Shown here piece after piece: positions 27,236 to 32,000 of a stretch of DNA of 32,000 nt; position 1 is the first letter of the stretch, and each line of letters starts with the position of its first letter. The stretch is from Candidatus Altimarinota bacterium (GTDB taxonomy: Bacteria > Patescibacteriota > Gracilibacteria > UBA1369), in NCBI GenBank assembly GCA_041659405.1, contig JBAZYK010000009.1:47107-79106 (forward strand), written 5' to 3'. A program made the position numbers and the translations under genes. Below the pieces are notes generated by a model. The model did no database searches. It was not told where the DNA came from and saw only the letters and a program-made list of their open reading frames with translations.

Positions 27236-29014
27236 ATGCAAACCTGCTCAGCCTGCCAATCGCAATTCACAATCACTCCGGAAGAAATAAAATTTATCGA
27301 CAAAATAAGTCCCATTTTTGAAGGCAAAAAATTTCCAATTCCGGCACCTGCCATTTGCCCGGATTGTCGCTTGCGCACGCGCACCGCACACCGCAACGAG
27401 CAATACATGTACATGAATAAATCCGCAAATACCGGCGAATCTTTGCTTTCACTTTATTCTCCTGATACCGATTGGGGCAAAAAATATAAAATTGTCACCG
27501 ACTCGGAGTGGTGGAGTGACAAATGGGATGGTACCGATTTTGGCCGTGATTTCGATTTTAATCGACCATTTTTTGAACAATTTGCGGAGCTTTGTCGTGA
27601 TATTCCTCACGTTAATTTAATTCAGGTTGGCAACGAAAATTCGCCATTTACCACCGGCACCGGATACTGCAAAAACTGCTATCTGATCAACTGTTCCGAA
27701 AATTCTCAGGATTGTTATTATGGCAAACTTGTTCAGGGTTGTACCGATGCCATGGACTGCAGTTATGCCTATGATTCCGAGCTTTTATACGAATGTTTTT
27801 ACGTGACCAAATGTTACGATTGCAAATATGTTTATTACAGCCAAAATTCGTCCGAGTGCTGGTTTAGCGAAAATTTAAAAGGCTGCAGCAACTGTTTTTT
27901 ATGCACAAATTTAAGCAACAAACGGTACTATTTCATGAATCAACCTCTTGAAAAAGGACAGTACGAAGCCAAAATGAAAGAGTTTTTAGGCTCCGCTCAA
28001 AATGTGGAAAAAGCCAAAGCCATTCTTGATGACATGCGCAAAAAACGCATTCACAAATATGCCACGATTATTAATTCCGAAAATTCCACCGGCGACTTTT
28101 TAACCGGCTGCAAAAACTGCACCGATTGTTATGACGTGAATGATAGTGAGGACAGCAAGTATGTGACCGTTGGCGTAAATGTAAAAGACAACTTCGACTG
28201 TTCAAACATGTATTTAAAGCCGGAACTAAGCTATCAGGTACTTGGAACAATTGGAACCTATAACGTAATTTTCAGTCTCTACATTTTTAATTCTCAGGAC
28301 GTAATGTACAGCGAATTTTGTTATAACAGCAAAAATCTTTTCGGCTGTTCCGGGCTTCGCAAAAAGCAATATTGCATTTTCAATAAACAATATACCAAAG
28401 AAGAATATGAAAAACTTGTGCCAAAAATAATCGAGCACATGCAGAAAACCACTTTGCGAAATGGTGGATCTTTAACAGGATCCTCAGCCTGTGAATGGGG
28501 CCAATATTTTCCGGTTAAATACTCCCCTTTTGGCTATAACGAAACAGTTGCCCAGGAATATTTGCCGCTTACAAAAGAGCAGGCCATCGCTAAAGGCTAT
28601 CACTGGAAAGATCCGGATAATCGCGAATACAAGCCTCAAACCTACAGCGTTCCGGCCGACATTAAAGACGTCAAAGATGAAATAACCAATCAGGTTCTGG
28701 CCTGCAAAAATGTTTTGAATGACACATCGGGTGATGCTTTGAATGCCACTGAGCCAGCCAAACTCTGTGGCCGCAATTACAAAATTATTCCGCAAGAACT
28801 TCGCCGCCTGCGCAATTTAAATTTGCCAGTCCCGACTAAGTGTCCGGATTGCCGCCACATGGACCGTATGAAGCTCAGAAATGCCCGTAAACTCTACGAT
28901 CGCACATGCGCCAAGTGTAACGCCACTATTAAGACCACCTTCGCCCCAGACCGCTCCCGCTCAGGCGGGAAAATCGTCTATTGCGAAAAGTGCTACCTGC
29001 AAGCGGTTTACTGA
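27236..29014 (+). CDS. Cys-rich protein: N- and C-terminal zinc-ribbon segments flanking an aromatic/Cys/Asn-rich repeat region
   Basis: 592 aa; CSACQ, CPDC, GYCKNCYLINCSENSQDCYYGKLVQGCTDAMDCSYAYDSELLYECFYVTKCYDCKYVYYSQ repeats, C-terminal CPDC..CAKC..CEKC. Confidence 0.85.
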   Translation: MQTCSACQSQFTITPEEIKFIDKISPIFEGKKFPIPAPAICPDCRLRTRTAHRNEQYMYMNKSANTGESLLSLYSPDTDWGKKYKIVTDSEWWSDKWDGTDFGRDFDFNRPFFEQFAELCRDIPHVNLIQVGNENSPFTTGTGYCKNCYLINCSENSQDCYYGKLVQGCTDAMDCSYAYDSELLYECFYVTKCYDCKYVYYSQNSSECWFSENLKGCSNCFLCTNLSNKRYYFMNQPLEKGQYEAKMKEFLGSAQNVEKAKAILDDMRKKRIHKYATIINSENSTGDFLTGCKNCTDCYDVNDSEDSKYVTVGVNVKDNFDCSNMYLKPELSYQVLGTIGTYNVIFSLYIFNSQDVMYSEFCYNSKNLFGCSGLRKKQYCIFNKQYTKEEYEKLVPKIIEHMQKTTLRNGGSLTGSSACEWGQYFPVKYSPFGYNETVAQEYLPLTKEQAIAKGYHWKDPDNREYKPQTYSVPADIKDVKDEITNQVLACKNVLNDTSGDALNATEPAKLCGRNYKIIPQELRRLRNLNLPVPTKCPDCRHMDRMKLRNARKLYDRTCAKCNATIKTTFAPDRSRSGGKIVYCEKCYLQAVY

Positions 29015-30288
29015 ATCGCATTCTCTCCTGCCAGCCTGCCGGTAGCCCACGCCGCCTGCAGATTAAAGCCTCCGGTAAAGCCATCAATATCCAAAATTTC
29101 TCCGGCAAAATAAAGCCCGGGGCAAATTTTGGATTCCATTGTGTTTGTATTTACTTCACTGGAATCCACTCCGCCCGCTGTAACAAATTCATCGCCGGCG
29201 CCTCTACCGGTTGCTTCCAATTTCATATTCTGGAACAGTCCTAAAATGGCATCACGCTGGGATTTATTAAGTGTAGCTACCGTATGTTTAGGGGCGATTT
29301 TTAGAATTTCACAGAAAACTTCAGCCAAAGATTTTGGTAAAAATAGATCCAAAAAATTCACCAGAAACTTTTTACCATTTTGCTCTGTGAGCAGGATAAA
29401 GCGCTTTTTAAGCTCTTCCGGCTTTTCTTCCGGAAAGAAATTAATGTTGATTTTAAGTGGCTTTTCAGGACTAAAATCTTCATATGCAGCCATGCTGGAA
29501 AGCGCAAAAATTGCCGGTCCACTCACGCCTTTATGCGTAAAAACAAAAGATCCGGTGCGTTCATATTTGCCAACGGTTATTTTTGCCTTCTTAAAAGCCA
29601 CCCCCGCCAGTTTGGATACCCAGGTATCTTTCACCAAAAATGAGTGCAAGGAAGGTGCTAATTTTGTAATTGAATGTCCTAAAGATTTAGCAAAAGCATA
29701 GCCGTCGCCGGTTGATCCGGTCTGTCGATAAGCATTGCCACCAGTCGTAATAATAACGCTATCAACTTCAAAATTACGACCATCTTTAAGGAAAATTTTG
29801 AACTTCGCCCCGCCCCTTTTTGGCTTTCCACCATCGCTCCCGACTTTCTCAATTTTCTCAACAATTGCATTCAGAAAAAATTGCGCGCCCGTGCCGGCGA
29901 CTCCGGCTTCCGCTCGTTTTAATCCGCTTCCCAATGCCCCAACAATGTCTTTTCCATTGTTAGAAGCCGGAAAAACCCGCAAATCTTCTTCGGTTTTCAT
30001 CTTCACTCCATGATCTTCAAACCACTCAATCACCTTTTCCGGTGGAAATCTAAACATTGCCGACATCAAAAATTTCGCCCCGCGCGGATAATTTTTCAAC
30101 AATTCTTTTACATCAAAAATCCCGGTGGTTACATTACAGCGACCACCTCCACTAATCAGCACTTTTGATCCAAGCTGAGCGTTTTTTTCGAACAACAAAA
30201 CTCCCGTTTCCGGGGCAAGTTCTTCTATTGTAGCCGCCGCCATTAAACCTGCTGCGCCTCCTCCGATGATTGCTGTTTTTTTATGCAT
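29008..30288 (-). CDS. NAD(P)/FAD-dependent oxidoreductase, HI0933/BaiN-like
   Basis: KKTAIIGGGAAGLMAAATIEE, GSKVLISGGGRCNVTTG, VIITTGGNAYRQTGSTGDGYAFAKSLGHSI, GLYFAGEILDIDGFTGGFNLQAAWATGRLAG; start at MHKK (30288). Confidence 0.93.
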   Translation of the reverse strand: MHKKTAIIGGGAAGLMAAATIEELAPETGVLLFEKNAQLGSKVLISGGGRCNVTTGIFDVKELLKNYPRGAKFLMSAMFRFPPEKVIEWFEDHGVKMKTEEDLRVFPASNNGKDIVGALGSGLKRAEAGVAGTGAQFFLNAIVEKIEKVGSDGGKPKRGGAKFKIFLKDGRNFEVDSVIITTGGNAYRQTGSTGDGYAFAKSLGHSITKLAPSLHSFLVKDTWVSKLAGVAFKKAKITVGKYERTGSFVFTHKGVSGPAIFALSSMAAYEDFSPEKPLKININFFPEEKPEELKKRFILLTEQNGKKFLVNFLDLFLPKSLAEVFCEILKIAPKHTVATLNKSQRDAILGLFQNMKLEATGRGAGDEFVTAGGVDSSEVNTNTMESKICPGLYFAGEILDIDGFTGGFNLQAAWATGRLAGENAIQ

Positions 30289-30432
30289 ATTCAAAAAAAC
30301 TTTTAATAATAAAAGCAAAAGCATTCTACGCTAATTCTCCTACGCCGCAAGCACGTAAGGCGTGGCAAAACAAAACCAGCGACCAAGCCACGCCACAAAA
30401 TCTGAATCAAAATGCTTAGCCCGAAACCGAAA

Positions 30433-30612
30433 CTAAGCTTTTTTTGTAGGCAGAATTTTATACATTCCGGTACCGCAAACGCTGCATTTACCCTTGACGG
30501 CTTTGCGTCCTTTTTTGCCGAATTCTACCTCTTCATAACCTTGTACCATTTCTCTTTTTTCTTTACATTTAACGCAATATCCCTGCATTACTATTACTTC
30601 ATCTTTTGCCAT
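30433..30612 (-). CDS. DUF5679-like small zinc-ribbon protein
   Basis: 59 aa (below ORF-track cutoff): MAKDEVIVMQGYCVKCKEKREMVQGYEEVEFGKKGRKAVKGKCSVCGTGMYKILPTKKA; promoter TTGAAG-17-TAGAAT at 30640..30668 (minus strand). Confidence 0.88.
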   Translation of the reverse strand: MAKDEVIVMQGYCVKCKEKREMVQGYEEVEFGKKGRKAVKGKCSVCGTGMYKILPTKKA

Positions 30613-30639
30613 AACAAAGAAATTAAAAATTATAAATTG

Positions 30640-30668
30640 ATTCTACCCTATAAGACGAATAGCTTCAA
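30640..30668 (-). promoter_or_regulatory. putative promoter of DUF5679-like gene
   Basis: On minus strand TTGAAG, 17-nt spacer, TAGAAT; ATG at 30612. Confidence 0.6.
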
Positions 30669-30746
30669 ACTCTTTCATTTGCAATATTGCACAGAAATTG
30701 ACTGGATTCTTAAAAACACCCATCCAATCCCAAACGCCTGTATTGA

Positions 30747-30773
30747 AATGGTCGGGGTGAAAGGATTCGAACC
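30747..30773 (-). repeat. truncated copy of the tRNA-Pro 3' end (candidate att site)
   Basis: AATGGTCGGGGTGAAAGGATTCGAACC identical to 31480..31506, which spans the tRNA-Pro T-arm and acceptor 3' strand; no matching 5' tRNA half nearby. Confidence 0.9.
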
Positions 30774-30780
30774 CGGAAGC

Positions 30781-31116
30781 TCAACCGCCGGTATTCCTGG
30801 CAGCATAATTGAAACTATAAAAATATTTCTGCCAGCTTTCATCTGATGACCCATAGATATTTTCACCAAAAAAGTAATCCGCCCAAACCTCCCGCGCCCT
30901 GGCAACCTCCCGCAAACGATGAATATTTTTAGGATCTGCCATCGTAAGATCAAAGAGCTCCAAAGCTCTATCAAAAGCCAATTTAGAGTATTCCAGATTG
31001 GCTTTGTTTTTCCAGTTAATGGCACGAATCACCTCACTACCAATATTGGCCATCTGGTCAATCAACGAAAACTGAAACCATCGGCCGGAAGCCGCGCTTT
31101 GATGCTGAAAACTCAT
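30781..31116 (-). CDS. small helical hypothetical protein
   Basis: 111 aa; FSLIDQMANIGSEVIRAINWKNKANLEYSKLAFDRALELFDLTMADPKN; overlaps the upstream gene by 4 nt. Confidence 0.85.
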   Translation of the reverse strand: MSFQHQSAASGRWFQFSLIDQMANIGSEVIRAINWKNKANLEYSKLAFDRALELFDLTMADPKNIHRLREVARAREVWADYFFGENIYGSSDESWQKYFYSFNYAARNTGG

Positions 31117-31457
31117 AGTTCAATCAATTTAAAAACTACCTCGAGAATTTTTGCACGAATTTTCGGATCATCAACGCCCCTCGAACGATTTCCCCAGGAA
31201 GGACGCAAATTAATCATGGAATCAAATTCAATCAAATCATCACCGGTAAGATCAGGATAAATATTGATTCCCCAAAGATGATCCTGCTTCGAACCCAGCT
31301 CAAGCAAATAAGCCTCCTGATCTGCATGAAGATCAGCATCAACAGCCATAATCTCTTTTTCAATATCCACAACGGCTTTCACCAAATTCCCAAACATCTT
31401 ATTTGACATCTCTTTAAGCTCTTCACGTTTAACCTTTTCTTTTTGAACAATTTTCAT
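31113..31457 (-). CDS. DUF5674-family-like protein
   Basis: Start at MKIVQKEKVKREEL (31457) rather than 31481; LVKAVVDIEKEIMAVDADLHADQEAYLLELGSKQDHLWGINIYPD...IEFDSMINLRPSWGNRSRGVDDPKIR. Confidence 0.85.
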   Translation of the reverse strand: MKIVQKEKVKREELKEMSNKMFGNLVKAVVDIEKEIMAVDADLHADQEAYLLELGSKQDHLWGINIYPDLTGDDLIEFDSMINLRPSWGNRSRGVDDPKIRAKILEVVFKLIEL

Positions 31458-31481
31458 CAAACGAAAGGTTAAATATTTCAA

Positions 31482-31558
31482 TGGTCGGGGTGAAAGGATT
31501 CGAACCTTCGACCTCTTGGTCCCAAACCAAGCGCGCTAGCCAACTGCGCTACACCCCG
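31482..31558 (-). tRNA. tRNA-Pro (anticodon TGG), CCA encoded
   Basis: CGGGGTGTAGCGCAGTTGGCTAGCGCGCTTGGTTTGGGACCAAGAGGTCGAAGGTTCGAATCCTTTCACCCCGACCA folds into a complete cloverleaf. Confidence 0.97.
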
Positions 31559-31800
31559 ATAAATTGCGAGAAAACCGTTCCGAAACAAAGTGAGTTCGAG
31601 CTCCGCGAGAACGAGCGAAGTGAGGACTCTGAGATCAAAATAACAAAGTTATTTTGTATCGAAGAGAGGTTTTCCCTATTGGGTAAATTGCGAGATTTGC
31701 GATCCGAAACGTATCGAGGAGAGCAAATCCCTATTCTGATAAATTGTGAGAAACCCACCCTTTTTAAGTGCGCTGAAAACTGTTCCTAGTTTTCAACGCC
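31558..31800 (-). repeat. structured repeat region upstream of tRNA-Pro
   Basis: AAATTGYGAGA at 31561, 31685 and 31741; stems GAAAACC/GGTTTTC and GATTTGC/GCAAATC; CAAAATAAC/GTTATTTTG hairpin 31636-31656; GCGCTGAAAAC/GTTTTCAACGC hairpin 31770-31799. Confidence 0.75.
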
Positions 31801-31805
31801 TATTA

Positions 31806-31834
31806 TTTATAGGCAAAACTTGCGCCAAAGTCAA
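31806..31834 (-). promoter_or_regulatory. sigma70-type promoter reading toward tRNA-Pro
   Basis: On minus strand TTGACT, 17-nt spacer, TATAAA. Confidence 0.6.
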
Positions 31835-32000
31835 TGATTCATGTTTCCGGCATTTCTACTTTCCGGTTAGAAGTGGGATCATACGCTTTTTGGTTTGAAT
31901 AAATTAAATCGCTAGACATAGAGCTGAACAATGCGATATAAAAAGAAATCAACATCACTCACCCCACGAACCAGTAATCTGAATCCTTTTAATCTGGCAT

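Noticed and set aside
30747-30773. Second functional tRNA-Pro
   Set aside because: Only the 3' T-arm/acceptor portion is present; beyond it the sequence becomes the end of the 111-aa CDS, with no anticodon arm or 5' acceptor.
30412-30846. 144-aa plus-strand ORF containing MVGVKGFEPGSST
   Set aside because: Antisense to the DUF5679-like gene and reading through the truncated tRNA fragment; low-complexity Phe-rich composition.
31481-31789. 102-aa plus-strand ORF MVGVKGFEPSTSWSQTKRASQLRYTP...
   Set aside because: Its start is the antisense of tRNA-Pro; 'VGVKGFEPSTSW' peptides are a common artefact of translating tRNA complements. The remainder covers the structured repeats.

Overview
This 32 kb window looks like a chromosomal segment from a Patescibacteria/CPR-type bacterium, possibly Peregrinibacteria-like; that placement is an inference from gene families and was not tested. 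The genes use TGA as stop and prfB is present, so code 25 is unlikely. Recognisable genes are femX/FemAB-like, def, a PP2C-like phosphatase, proB-proC-proA, prfB, a HicA-like toxin pair, a flippase, murD, an RNase J with a long N-terminal extension, murB, a VirB2-like pilin, a TrmB-type regulator, a Cys-rich zinc-ribbon/repeat protein and a BaiN/HI0933-type flavoprotein. There are also several lineage-specific hypotheticals and tRNA-Tyr(GUA), tRNA-Thr(UGU) and tRNA-Pro(UGG). The most notable feature is at 30747-31558. A complete tRNA-Pro gene is followed by a 4-nt-overlapping pair of small genes (a DUF5674-like protein and a 111-aa helical protein). A second, truncated 27-nt copy of the tRNA-Pro 3' end then follows in the same orientation. 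This is the attL/attR geometry of a very small (~0.73 kb) integrase-less tRNA-targeted cassette. Other points of interest are a structured repeat array upstream of tRNA-Pro with different sequence-compensated stems, a 102-bp two-part palindrome with satellite repeats near tRNA-Thr, a HicA/non-canonical-partner locus with a perfect inverted-repeat operator candidate, and a 14-bp tandem repeat expansion inside murB.
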